Part shown: piece after piece, positions 12,844-25,243 of the stretch
Layout of the letters: each line of letters starts with the position of its first letter
Position numbering within the stretch: position 1 is the first letter of the stretch
From: Albugo candida
Lineage: Eukaryota
Reading direction: 5' to 3'
DNA: 55,722 bases
Assembly: GCA_040437565.1 (NCBI GenBank)
Contig: JBDOQK010000004.1
Location: 868,001-923,722, forward strand
Translations under genes and position numbers: made by a program
Notes under the pieces: model-generated
Told to the model about the DNA's origin: nothing
Database searches by the model: none
Seen by the model: the letters and a program-made list of their open reading frames with translations, nothing else

Positions 12844-14358
12844 ATGGTCCAGAAAGCTTCACCGTTGGCTCTCGTCTTCTTGATCGGGAGTCTAGGTTGC
12901 TGTAAAAGTACTAGAATTACTTTTTCCATGAAAAAAGTTCCTATTCGTCTACTCAACTGCCGCGATTGCATTCTGAAACGCTTCTACGGTGATAGGATTA
13001 CATTAGTGAAACAAGAACCAGAATTCACGTACGAAGTCAACATTCCTGACTATTTTTCAGAGACCTTTCTTCGAGATGTATGCGAAGACTCAAATAATTG
13101 CGACGACATTCGTTTTAATGAGGTACAGTCTGTGACAAAGATGGCTCCTTCAATGTATACATCCATGGCGTATTGTATCGCTGTGGACTACAGATATCTT
13201 ACTGAAGTGGCCACTTGTCAAGATTGTCTGAACATGTATGGCAGCTATATGAGAAAAAACTGGATGATCATAGACACGTTCTATTATTGGATGTTTTGGT
13301 ATTATCCATCAACACAACATTCAGCCGCCTGTTCTCGTGAATGTGGTGGGATCAAAACATTGTCGCGTGCATATTGCGCAAGGGCTGAACCGCAAAATAT
13401 TGATCTAAATGAAATTGCAGAGGAGCCACCTTACCACGAGGTTCACCTGAGATTCAAAAAAAATGAGCGCGCAAAGTGCTTCAAATCACTCGCAAAACAC
13501 ACACACATTTTAGCGCGACTCGAAGGTGATGACGCGTCTGATCGTGCTAAAAGCTGCGCTGTTGTACTTGTCGAATTTCACACTTATACTATTGAACAGA
13601 TGCAAATTGATGTACAGCATGGCGAATCGCCCGCATGTACTTCATTTTCAATTGTGAACGAAAGACCTCATCAAGACACAAAAGAGGCAGATGCTTCGCA
13701 CCTACAAATCAATCGAAATCAGGGAATTGATGTTGAGGCATCTCAATGCTTATACATTATCAGTGCAACAGTACTTTTAAAAAAGTTGAGAGCCACTTTA
13801 ACAGAGAATCTGGAAACTAATGCGTGCCTGGATTGCATCAACAATCTTGTCCAAAATTCTGTGGGGTCCGATATCCGTCTCATATCAAATAAAAGTAGCT
13901 TCGTGTATTTGCCAAGGGCACCGCATCGGGGATATATTGCAGACAGGTGTGGTCAATGCTTGAGTATTACAGTATTTCCTAACGAGTATTGTCAACAAAC
14001 GGCGACGTCATCAATTCCATCATCAGGACTTCCAGCCACAAAATACCAATATCTGGTACTTGAAATCAATTGGCGTAACAACATTCAGATCTTCTATGAT
14101 GTTGTTCTGCGTGTTGTGTTTCATACCGATGTGTATCTGGTGACTACGCCTTCCGATCATATTCATACTAGCGTACATTCCCTTCATACGATCGCAAGCA
14201 TTTGCGCAGCTGTTGCTAGTAAATACGATATCGACGGGATATGCAGCGTTGTTATCGTAGATTTTTCAAGCCCCCTCCGTCCCTTGCCTTTTACAGCAAT
14301 TCTTAGATTGCTTGGTATCACCGGTATTGATCCACTCGAGCTGGCAAGAATTTATTGA
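12844..14358 (+). CDS. Secreted cysteine-rich CCG-like effector candidate, 504 aa
   Basis: Longest ORF in the window, intronless. Signal peptide MVQKASPLALVFLIGSLGCCKS. C39-RD-C42-ILKRFY-G49 near the N-terminus (Albugo CCG consensus is CxxCxxxxxG; here x6). Further modules CQDCLNMYG, CFKSL and CLDCINN. Confidence 0.75.
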   Translation: MVQKASPLALVFLIGSLGCCKSTRITFSMKKVPIRLLNCRDCILKRFYGDRITLVKQEPEFTYEVNIPDYFSETFLRDVCEDSNNCDDIRFNEVQSVTKMAPSMYTSMAYCIAVDYRYLTEVATCQDCLNMYGSYMRKNWMIIDTFYYWMFWYYPSTQHSAACSRECGGIKTLSRAYCARAEPQNIDLNEIAEEPPYHEVHLRFKKNERAKCFKSLAKHTHILARLEGDDASDRAKSCAVVLVEFHTYTIEQMQIDVQHGESPACTSFSIVNERPHQDTKEADASHLQINRNQGIDVEASQCLYIISATVLLKKLRATLTENLETNACLDCINNLVQNSVGSDIRLISNKSSFVYLPRAPHRGYIADRCGQCLSITVFPNEYCQQTATSSIPSSGLPATKYQYLVLEINWRNNIQIFYDVVLRVVFHTDVYLVTTPSDHIHTSVHSLHTIASICAAVASKYDIDGICSVVIVDFSSPLRPLPFTAILRLLGITGIDPLELARIY

Positions 14359-14899
14359 TGCGACAACTCGAGGTACGGCAGTCTAACGTATCGAAAGCGT
14401 ATGTTTATCAATCAAATCCCATACAAATGTGACTAGATGCAGCTGCAATTTTAGCGTCTTTTACATATGCCATAAACCTTAATACATTCACGGCAAGCCG
14501 GGCAATACTGCAAATGATTATCATCTGATTAGCATTCTCGCGACGATAAGCGTGTTATGTCAACAATATAAGGGCTCATGCTAGCAAATTACCTTGCGTC
14601 ATTTTGATTTGACTCATTGTCGTTTAGTTGCGAGAAAGCACAAACATCACCCCCAGAAGGACCGAATAATCAAAGTGTTTTGACTAATTGTGGCGCAGAT
14701 TAACCTCGCTCATATATATTCAAAGCTCCAGCCGTAAGCACCTCAAGTCGCACGCATAGTAGATCGGTAAATCACGCGATTCACATTGAATATATTGCAT
14801 GAGTACAAAGTTCAGATTGAACGTGAAAATACCTGTAGCACGGTCAGGCTGGTGGCTAGAACGCTGTCTAGTACCTGACCTGCGTCAGCGTGGCACTCC

Positions 14900-15800
14900 A
14901 TTGCTTTCGGTGCCTATATATTCTGAGCATATTAAAATGTCAAGATGGATGAAAGCATTGTATCGTCGCAGTCGTAGCTCTGTCAACTTTAGTGTCGGAT
15001 GCCGCCAAAAATTGCGGTATCGATCAGATTCAATATCTCAACATTATAGACCGATCCCCATAACAAGCTTCAGCAATTTTTGATGTGGCGGACTCGCTCC
15101 ATCTAGTGTGCATGCGAAGTGAATATCTATGTCATCTGCGTTAACGTTTAAGACCATTTTGGGTGGAGTAGAACCGGCCAATCTTAGCAAGCTGCGTTCC
15201 ACCATGCACTGAAGTAGACAGATTCACAATGACCTCATTTGGTTTGACTAAATCTACTGCAAAGACTGCATGGCCCCGTTCGGCAAATTCAAGAAGTATG
15301 TGTTACTTACCTATGAAATTACATTGATTAGATAGTTCGGGGATCGGCTTCAGAGTAAATTGTCCAAGTGAAATCCACCTGATCCCAAAACGTTTTGCTG
15401 ATCGCAGAAATGAAGAAGCATTCACTGTAATCAATGGAGAAATCTTCGTTGTGAGTGACTTGACAAGCTCGATGTCACATCCTTCAAAATAGCTACCTTT
15501 GGCGCAATGGAGCTCAAGTCTATGAAGCTTTAGTGTCAATCACCGTGCCGAACAACAACACGAAACCTGCGGATAACAATGACATGAAGATTGTATCCCC
15601 CAGTCCAATGAACAATGATGCACCAATTACCAGATAATTATTCGAAATCGTTGTAGATATCGAATCTGCGACGATAAGAAACGGAGGCTGCATCAGGTGA
15701 TCCATGATTTCACGCTATATTATGCTTTCAAGACCGAGGCTGAGCGGTATTCCTGTAATTGACATTCTAACAAAAAAACGGTAAATGCCATGATGCATCA
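14900..15800 (-). pseudogene. Possible decayed secreted Cys-containing protein gene
   Basis: Consecutive minus-strand ORF pieces (15715-15900, 15520-15705, 15303-15539) with protein-like composition and scattered Cys. No intact frame. Confidence 0.25.
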
Positions 15801-16699
15801 TTGTAAAAACAATGATTTGCAAGAGGGTGAAGCGTTCACTTGAGGCTGTGCAAACACATAGTTCGAAACTTCTCCTAGTATCCTTGTTATGAGAGCGCAA
15901 GCAGTAATTTGAGACATAGCTTCTGTCACCTGGCGGCTATTGATTGATTCATTTTAGGATGAGGCCTTTAGAAGATCACTTGCGCGTTAACTCTCACTCA
16001 TGCGTAGGACTGAATCATCACAAAGGATATGCGTTATATTTTGCAGATATCGCTTCATTGCGACTCAAAGTTGATCTCTTTATATTGAATTGCCCGCACT
16101 TTTGATGTCGGCGAGCTACGATGGCAAGAAAAAGCCCATGCTTTTTGATTACCATCTTTGTGCCGACATTATTTGACTCGATGTACCCTCAACTTGCCAT
16201 CACGCTGACACTCTTTGTAAAGAGCTATATAGCGGCCGGATTTTCATGGTCCACGGTTTTAGTTTACGAAGGCAACCTATCAACAAAGGCCGAACGCATT
16301 TCTGGCCGGTTGGGAAGATTCGATATATCGAAAGGAAATATCGACGTTCAGCGTGTTTTTGACCTGTTAATGAATATATCAGGGCATCTCAGAGCAGGAA
16401 ATTTCACCAGAATGGTATAAACGGCAAAATTAGTTGTGGTGTCGGCTAGTCGTGTAATCAATGGATGGGCAAAAGTATCTGTACGAATCAGACACGTAAA
16501 GAATCAACGGATAGAATTAGTTGAAAACCAATCAGCCCGTGTGTTTGCGCTGTTTGTTCGTGACGATACACAAAAATATACCTCGGGCATTATCATTGCA
16601 TCAACGAAATCGAAATCGACAAGGGGGCGTCCATTCAGAAGATCGTGACAGATAGATAGAGTTGCAACAGAAGAATCAAATCACGTGACGGAAGCTGAA

Positions 16700-18034
16700 A
16701 CCGGAATGGTCAACAATGTGAAAGAAGCAGACCCAACAAATTATCGCGACGCGATGAAGTGAGCGCGGACAAACGGAACTGGGAATCGGGCGATGCAAGA
16801 AGCATTACAAGCTTTTGCAGGGGAAAAAAAGTGGGGTAGATGGTGGTAACATCATATGGTGCGAATTGTCTGCATATCAAATGGGTGTATAAGACGAAAC
16901 GTGATGCAAATGGAAAACTGGTGCGATACAATGCTCGTTTGGTCGCGTGTGGAAAAGAACAAGTTCCTGGTCGTGATTTGATCGTTGCGGGTGTTTACAT
17001 CGACGATCTTCTCGTAAAGGCAACTGAACCATTGCAGATCGAAATGTTGTCTAGTGATTTGGAGACGCTTTCGGTGAAAGTGGGGTAATGCGCGTAGATT
17101 ACTTGGTATGTGTATTACTACAATGATGAAGACGGTTACGACATCGACCAAGAGGTAGCAATAGTGAACATGCTCAAGGAATTGCGATTGAGAAACGCTC
17201 GTGGAACGCGCACTCCTATCGGTGATACCACAAATGACATGCCCCAGAATGATGTCGCGCTCTCCGTTTGTACCACATCGGGTGGTGTTTCTGTGCAAAC
17301 TTTTCAGTCACTGATGGAAAGCTTACTATGGATATCACGATGAACCCGTCCTGAAATTTCGTATGCTATACATCTTGTGCCGAGACGTACGCATTATCCC
17401 ACTGAAAGTGATTCGTAATTTGCAAAGAGGATAGCAGGTACCTTCAAGGGTCGAAAAATCTTAGGCTACAAAGAGAGGACATGGCGTTTCGAGTGAACCA
17501 CTAATGTTGGTTGGTTACAGTGATGTAGACTTTGCCGAAGACAAGGCTGACCGGGAGTCTAAAACCGGAGGATAAAGGAGGTGGCGAGTATGCCTGTATA
17601 TGGTTAACTCGTAAACAAGAATGATTCTCCCTTTCTACTATGGAAGCAGAGCTCACAGCGTCGTCGGTTGTGGTTGCAGAGATGAATGGCATCGAAGAGT
17701 TCCTCGGATAGATAGGGATACATCGTATGATACCGATGCCTTTGAAGGTGGACAATCAAGCAGCATTGAAGCAGTGTGGCGGAAAATTTTCACCGAAGGC
17801 AAAACACCATGACGCGAGATCAAGTTTGTGGTATTGCATGCCAAATGTGGAATTTTATAGACCGAATATTTTGAAGGTTCTAACATGTCAGCTGATATGA
17901 TGAGAAAAGCGCTTCATGCACCGAGGTTGGAGGAGTTGAAAAATCTCATCGGTTCACATCGGAATACAAAGGACATGTGAAGGCAGCAGGTGCGCCTGCC
18001 GACGGCTTGAACGAAAACGCGCATGATGGAGAAG
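16700..18034 (+). mobile_element. Ty1/Copia LTR retrotransposon remnant (RT-RNase H end)
   Basis: DPTNYRDAM, KWVYKTKRDANGKLVRYNARLVACG, VYIDDLLV, GYSDVDFA, LSTMEAE, KVDNQAA and ADMMRKAL across frameshifts. Purine-rich gatggagaag at 18025-18034 is followed by TGTTGG at 18035 (PPT plus 3' LTR start). Confidence 0.9.
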
Positions 18035-18199
18035 TGTTGGAAATTGACTGACGTTGAAGCCATTGCACATAATCATTGGAGGTGATTTCAATGGTTAGAA
18101 TGATGTGTGCCGCTTCTTTTCTTACCTGTTGCTGACGTTCGAAAGTGACTGGTAGACATTTTCAAGCTTTTGAATAATACACACAAGGAGCACCACGGG

Positions 18200-18950
18200 A
18201 TCGATGAACACGCTACGCTGACCAAAATGGAAGGGCAGAATTTAGGGAGCTCTACAGTCAACGCGCCAGTCCATCAAGCCTTCTAGCTTCCGTGAACTTG
18301 AATGTCGAGCTCGTCTTGGAATGGCTCAATATGGGCCAATAGGTGCGGCCCGAATCCAAAGGCAGAGCTCAGAGGACAAAGTCGTCTGGTAGGCGTTGTA
18401 GATTATCTTGATTCCCTCAACGTCCGCTTTAGTTTACACTTCACGTGCAAATGTATCTACTTGCTGTAGTGCGTCATTTGGGGCCGTCTGTCTATTATGC
18501 GTCGTCCCAGGGAACTAAAAGCAGTGGCGCTTCGTGTAGTTGCTCTGCCACTGCTGTGTTGCGAAAAAAGATATGCCAAGGGGAATTTTCGGCTTCTTCG
18601 AATGCGCGGTTCTTGTGAATTGCTGACGGTAAAGAGACTTTGTCCCGAAGTAAGTCGATTAATCACTTCACGATGGAAGTTTCCGCAGATTGTGCTAGTG
18701 TAGTCACGAGGCCACTGTCATGACTGGATTGATAGCCAGAATTTGCTGCCGTACCGACGCGTTGCTCGATGGGCGCGCTGCTGCTTCCATTTGAAAACGA
18801 GCTTGCACGTTGGTTTTCTCAGACATTTCTCCATGATGGAGAAGAAATTTCCGACGATGGCGCTGATACTTGCTGTTGCGCAATCGTACGGCGGCCGTTT
18901 ATCTTTCTCCACGGAGACACGGCGCCGGTCAGTTGGCTTCGCCATATTTG
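18200..18950 (-). pseudogene. Unidentified decayed protein-coding gene
   Basis: Higher-GC stretch with broken minus-strand frames (18718-18945, 18457-18666, FGFGPHLLAHIEPFQDELDIQVHG at ~18290-18360), divergent from the CEP164-like relic. Confidence 0.3.
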
Positions 18951-19299
18951 TCGTGGATCACGATAACAAGCAGATTGTGTGTCAAGTCCATGACAAACCG
19001 TAGGCTCGTTGCCCTTCGTTCAATGCCACGCGTCCTAATACAACTACTGTGCACGTAATTGCGCGTGTGTGAATAGGGCCGCCTTTGACAGATATTCAAG
19101 TGTGCAAATGATGAAAATCTACACCAGCATCGACATTCGACGACTTGGACTCGAATGGTGGGATAAACTCTTCCTTCGAGCAGTCAGATGTGTCGTGAGT
19201 CAGCTGCAAGTTTAGATGACTGGAGAGATACTGCAGCTTGCTTGAATTTATATTTACTTCCGGAAACGGCCGTACTGAATTTAGACACTGATTTATGAA

Positions 19300-21954
19300 C
19301 ACAAAGTGCGGAATTCCAAGCCGCTCTTTGCGATCATGCAAAAGCATTGGGTGTCGATCTAGTATCAGAGCAGCATCTTCTTCCAATTGTACAGGAAGCA
19401 CTTNNNNNNNNNNNNNNNNNNNNNNNNNNNNNNNNNNNNNNNNNNNNNNNNNNNNNNNNNNNNNNNNNNNNNNNNNNNNNNNNNNNNNNNNNNNNNNNNN
19501 NNNGCAAAAGCATTGGGTGTCGATCTAGTATCAGAGCAGCATCTTCTTCCAATTGTACAGGAAGCACTTTAGCTGAGCTCCTCGTTGGATGGGAGCAAGG
19601 TCAAACGGACGATGGCATGCCTTACTACTTTGATGCTGAATCAGAGAAAAGCACATGGGAACATCCTTTGGACGAACACTATCGCCAGCAGGTTCAATTG
19701 GCGAAAGAAAAGACACATCGTTGGGAGGGTCCGCGTACCCCGTCATTGATATCGCATGAGATAGAAAACAACAATCCGAAAGTAACGGAATCGATACATA
19801 TCACAATGAACAAGTCAATGGCTTTTGGCCGAGATACTTCTTGGCTTTTGGACCAAGAACTTGTCATTGAAAAGCCTCTGATCAATACAGCCGAGGCAAG
19901 GCCTAGTTTCACGAAGACAGACAAAATGATACTTGAGAACGATTTCGAAGAAACTCGGATTGCGTTGTAAAAGTCTCAACACGTAGCAAAAGAAACGAGT
20001 TAATATAAAATGAGATTCGGCGATTCGAAAATGAGTTATCAGAGGCTGAAGGACTCATCTCACACAATGGAAGCAGCACTGGCTGATCAAGTTGCTATAT
20101 GCAAAGAGCGATTCGAATGTGTATGCATGGCTGGAGAAGAAGTACTGAAAGCACACCTGCAAATTCATGAAGTACGTCTTCATTTTTTGAATTAATAAAG
20201 GCCAACAAATCGGCTCAACAAGAATTTGAGCGCTTCAAAAGCATCACAAAGCAGCGTGAAATCGATCTTATACAACAACTTGAGACTTTGCAGCTTCAAC
20301 AAACTCAAGCAAAGTCGCAAGACACTGAAGTTATGGCCCAGGGTCGTCTGGACGCACAAAATCAGCTTGCACTTGAATGCTCCTTGACCCTTGAGAATGA
20401 TCAAAAGCAGATTCTCAAACTGCAAGAAAAGCTTCACCAAAGCATGATTGGTTAGCTGGAAGCCAAGGAAATTGCTCAAAAGCGCTCGCTTGAGGTACAA
20501 GAGCTCCGACTGCTGATTCTTACTGAAAATACTCGAGCATCCAGCGTGAATGAAGAGAAACTGGCAGCTCTGGGTGAATACGAGACTTCACGTCAGCAAT
20601 ACGAGAAGACCGTAGAAGCGCTTAAAATGGAGAATCGGCGGCTGGAATCAGCTTTGGAACAAGAGCAACTTTCGCTTGCTCGTTTCCAGGAACAAGCCGA
20701 GAAAATGGCACCACTGTGAGCATGCACGTATAGAAGACCAGCTTGCTCACACACAGCGCCAGCTTTCGGATGCAGAAGTTCATAAACGCAAATGGCAGAA
20801 TCAGGTCGCTAAGTTGCAAGATCAAAGTGTCGCTCTCAATGCTAATTGGCAAGCCGAGCTCGTGGATGCGCAGCAACAAGCTCGAGAAATGTGTCAGTCT
20901 TAAACAACTCGGCTGGAACGGGAGATACAGAGTCTTGATCGGGAGATACAAGACGCTTCAGATGGATTCCAAGACGCACAGAAGGAGCTGAGAGAAACCA
21001 AGCAAGAATTATCTCTGGAAAAGCACCCAACACAGCAAGACGCTCTCGACCTGGAGAACAAGAAGCGGTGGGAAGCCTTGTTACGACACGAGAAAGAAAA
21101 GCTTGCGGAGGAAAGGCATTCTGCTGGCTGTCAGCTCGCGAGCCTTCAGGCCGACCACAAGAGCCTCAAGCAGGAAAATGCGGACGAGAAGGAGAGATTT
21201 CTCGTTCTAAATCGAGAATTGGAATCTCGTTTGAAGCAGAAAGAGTACGACATACTGCGCGTGGAAGAGCGAGATCTCCATTTACTCCGACTCTCTGAGG
21301 AGATCGCGGAGAGTGACAGCAGAGTTTGGCCGAGCCGAGTTTGAAGATTGAGAAGCCCAGCATCAAAAACAAATCAAAGAACTTCACCAATCCATCGCGT
21401 CACAACTGCCGCAGTTGGCAACCAAGTGTGTCTCGCGAGCTAGCGAAGAAAGGATGCGTACCCACCGTGAATCACTTTCCAAGCGAGCAAATGACGAGCG
21501 TTAGACCTTGATTCGAACATTTCAAATTCGTGAGAAAGAATGGAGGAAAAAGCACGCTCGAGTTGTCGAGGAATCGGAGTTTTGGCGTTGAGATTTGCGT
21601 AAGATGGAATATTTGAATGAGCTTCAAACCCAACAGCTGCAAATGCAGTGGACTCAAAGATCTGCCTCACCGCCTCGGACGATCTCGGTACCGCCATACA
21701 AATCGAATAAACGTGTGAGCGTGCCGTGGCCTAAAGCCGCGTGGGAGCAGCCGATCGTACCCGAAGAGATGGCTTTCGAATACACCAAACTCGAGCATTC
21801 AGCTGATAGCAAACAATTCGAAGTAGAAGGGAGGATGTTGGTACGATCATTGGAATCGGTGGGCAAACCAAAAGTATCGCGAAAAGTCGATTGGAGAGAA
21901 TGTGAGTTTTCGGCTTGGTATCGTACAGATTATTGGAGACACAAGTATCAATGA
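19300..21954 (+). pseudogene. CEP164: CEP164-like WW-domain + long coiled-coil protein pseudogene
   Basis: HAKALGVDLVSEQHLLPIVQEAL/AELLVGWEQGQTDDGMPYYFDAESEKSTWEHPLDEHYRQQV matches the recalled CEP164 N-terminal WW region (GID...WDHPCDEHYR). Followed by ~2 kb of E/Q/K/R-rich coiled-coil coding with many stops and frameshifts (e.g. 19570, 19968). Confidence 0.7.
19338..19569. repeat. Direct duplication 19338-19403 = 19504-19569 around gap 19404-19503
   Basis: 66 bp repeated at offset 166. Confidence 0.9.
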
Positions 21955-23220
21955 GCTGACTTTAGCTTCTTTTTTGTGAGTCCATCATCGACCGATTCCG
22001 TCGACGGCTTTTCTTCGGCTACATCGTAAAGGTCAATGTGTGTGGTGAGCAAAGCAACGACACGTACCAAAGGAAAACCAATTTTTCGCGTGAAAGTGTG
22101 TCGAGGAAGCAATCGAAGGAGTTGTTGAGAGATTGCTTAGCTGAAAGCATCGGAAATATGGACTTTGACGATAAGCTGCGAGGCTTTTGGCACGAAAATA
22201 GCATCCAGAGGCTCACTCTCGATGGTGAGAGACTCTGACAGCGATGTGGACGTGTTGTCTGCAAATATTTTCAATGTTGGAGGTTGATTTTCCGACGTGA
22301 TAATCCTCAGCAAGGCAAAGCCGACGCCCATGATGACTACGATACAATCTGTAGATGGACACATTGCCAGCGTATGAACGCCACTTTGTGTGTTTTCAGA
22401 ATCGCACAACGTTTGGAATCCAACATCGTCGACTTGAGGTAATCCCAGAGCTTTATCGTGCCATCTTTGGGAATAGAAACCATCCAATTCTCAGCCTGGA
22501 AGCGCTGGCAGCATGCGACTTGGACCACTGCTGAAGCGTGACCGAGGCAGTATGACTGAATGAGGGCTGTCGGGGGGAATTGAGAGATGCGTATTTTATC
22601 ATCTCGATCAGCGCTGAGTACGAATCGACCTCTGGATGGATCCATGCTGATATCGGTGATCATGGAAGTCGTGTGCCCAAAAAGATGTTTTATGGACGTC
22701 AGAGCCTTCTACGTGCTCTCATGGAGTGGCCATCAGTTTCCCTGTTTTCTCACCAATCAGAATAACCTGGTTTGGTCTGGTTTTATCCATTGTGGGTCCC
22801 GTGAACGCGATGCAAATCGCCCGAGCATTTCGAGAAAGCGTTCTGCATGAGATCCTATATTAATACAGATGCAAGTTAATTAAGGATATTTGATGTACCG
22901 GAAGGATTGCAATTTCAAGGTCAAAATGGGACGTACGGTAAGGATGTAATGATACAGAAACCGCTCTTGCATGTGCACGAGTAGTGAGCGACATCGGCAT
23001 TACGGACATCCATAGTCGCCTTACAACTTGTGATATCATGCAGCAAGCCCGACGTCTTAGATTGATCACAAACTGCGGCTAATGGAAACGCATGAGGCGT
23101 TGCGTTGCCAGCGTCCACGCAAAGCACATGGACTGTACAGCGTCGAACTATAAAAAGCACATTTTGAGCGCCCTTTGCGTCGTAAATACGCTGCAGCGCC
23201 GCGCATTGACGCTTGGCCAT
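21950..23220 (-). pseudogene. WDR4: WDR4/TRM82 (tRNA m7G46 methyltransferase WD40 subunit) pseudogene
   Basis: GHTTSMITDISMDPSRGRFVLSADRDDKIRISQFP...IQSYCLGH is the WDR4/Trm82 signature. Probable GT..AG intron at ~22856-22937. In-frame stop at ~22718 and frameshifts near 22690 and 22410. Confidence 0.8.
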
Positions 23221-23319
23221 CCAAATGTAAATGTGTCCGAACCGTGCAGTCCGATTACCTCTATTAAGTCATAAATTACCGGAATGCGTGACACCAGTAA
23301 TCTGCTTACTGTTGATCTA

Positions 23320-24130
23320 TCATCCGCATCCGCGTTGTTTCTCGCGCTTTTGTGTCTTTCGTTTGGCTTTTTCCTTCCGTAGACGATCTTTTTCAAAAAG
23401 CTCTTTCTCACGTGCGACCTTTTTGGCATGCTCGGATTTCATTTTCTCACGTATACGGCTTGCGCTTGATGCACACAAAAATCATTGGTATTTTCTCAAC
23501 CGCAGCCATGGCATCCATCTTATGGTACAATCAAGTATGAGTGAATACCGAGACCAAAGATGATCGACCTTCTCATTAATTTTGGTGATATGTCCATCCT
23601 CATCAAATTCAGCCAACGCGCCATGTCCGTACTCGCGTATTAAGAAATCTCTTCGAACAAGCTCATCAGGGTGTCTAGAATAAGGTTTAGATCATTCACG
23701 ACTAGAGAGCTTCGCACATTTTCTGTCGCGTATTGAGCTCTTCCTGTTCTTTCGCGCGCGCGAGTTGTGCAGCTCATTTTTCAAGTTCGTAGAGACGCGT
23801 CTGTTGCAGCTCAATTCCTGCTATTCGGCTTGCTTCTATTTCCTTGCAAGTACATTTGAGCAATTGCAACGATTTCCTCCACTTCAGCTTTCATTTCCGC
23901 TGCATTTAACATCTTCGTTTGCTCCTCTTCAGCCAAGACACCAGCACTGGCACTAGACAGAAAGTCACAGGCATTACGCACATGTGCACTTACGTAGGAG
24001 TCTTCATCTTAAAGAGTGCCCATCACATAATCATTGTACACATCTTCATCAAGCAAAAGTGCTGCTACTCTCGTTCGAAACCAGTCATCCAGAGCATCGG
24101 ATTGGTAAATATTGCCAGACCCAAAATAAT
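23320..24130 (-). pseudogene. CCDC43: CCDC43-like coiled-coil protein pseudogene
   Basis: N-terminal LDDWFRTRVAALLLDEDVYNDYVMGTL*DED and C-terminal EKDRLRKEKAKRKTQKREKQR match the recalled CCDC43 termini. Internal stops. Confidence 0.6.
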
Positions 24131-24243
24131 AAGTATGTAACGGTGAAATGAGATAATTAAACGGGAAAAAATGCGTGTATTCAACCAAAAAGGGCCGTGA
24201 ATACATACTCCCGAAATACAGGATAATGCATCGATTTTACTTT

Positions 24244-25211
24244 TTAAGCACAATCCGTGCACGTGTCACAGACGTATGCAATAATACAACAACAGGCGAC
24301 ATAAGACGTGCACGAATGGATAGCTGCTCCACATTGGGAACAGCAGTAACAGCACATTTCAACTTGCTCTTGAGAACGCCGAGGAGAAGGCGATTCCGAA
24401 CGATGATGGCCGCGTTGCGGAGGCGCCTCGACAACATTAGTCGAACGATAATTGCCGTTTTCCGCAGCATCAACATAAGCCTGAATCTGTTCACGCGGAA
24501 AGACATCACGATAACGTGGTTGTGAGTTGGGTTGACCATACCCATAACTTTGACCTTGATAGTTGCTATGCGACTGATCTTGCGTCATCTGTTGATATGG
24601 AGGCGGATGTGCCGGATAACCAACAACCTGTGTATGGATTTCAGGGAAAAATCCATTGGAATAACAATAAGGGCAATGAGTTCTTCCATACGTATTTGGG
24701 TGGCCACAAGAAAAATTTTCCATCAATTGTCGCTTAGGAGTCTTTCTGGATGATACGCGTCGCGTTTTTTTACAGTAAGCAGAAACTTCTGCAATAATCT
24801 GTGCACACTTCTCCGCCTCCGTCGGGTCTTCTGATTCTCTTTTTTCAGCGTTACTGAAGCAGCTCGCAATTTTTGACATGGCCATTTCTACAACGTGGTT
24901 ATTTTTTAACTTAATGAGACACACTACCGGTCCTTACACATCCACCACATACCTTTCGGCGACTTTACATCTTCGTGGATGTCACCGTGCTGAATTCGTG
25001 AGCTAATGTCATTGACATGTGACTTGGAATCCATTCCCGAACTGAGACCTTGAGTATGGTCGCTGCTGAGATGATACTCCTCATTCCCCATTTTCGTGCT
25101 GTCCGAGACAGATGCCAATAACACTCTCTCTTCGGAGCTTGTTCGCAGGGTTTGTCCATTCGAGCAGGTAATAAAAGCCAGGATTACCGCAATAGAAATC
25201 GGAGATTTCAT
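24244..25211 (-). CDS. Two-exon secreted RXLR-like (QTLR-EER) protein, 300 aa, with PYQG-rich region and Cys-rich C-tail; exons 25211-24953 and 24887-24244
   Basis: Signal peptide MKSPISIAVILAFITCSNG, then QTLRTSSEER. A 65-nt intron GTATGT...TTGTAG (24952-24888) removes the TAG and joins the two ORFs in frame (PK-E-MAMSK). 259+644=903 nt. Perfect INR-FPR upstream. Confidence 0.8.
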
Positions 25212-25243
25212 CGTGTTTGCTTGTTGGAGTTGTGTTTTGAGAA

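Noticed and set aside
16121-16420. 99-aa ORF with hydrophobic N-terminus
   Set aside because: No motif or promoter support, and it abuts the Copia remnant; cannot be distinguished from chance.
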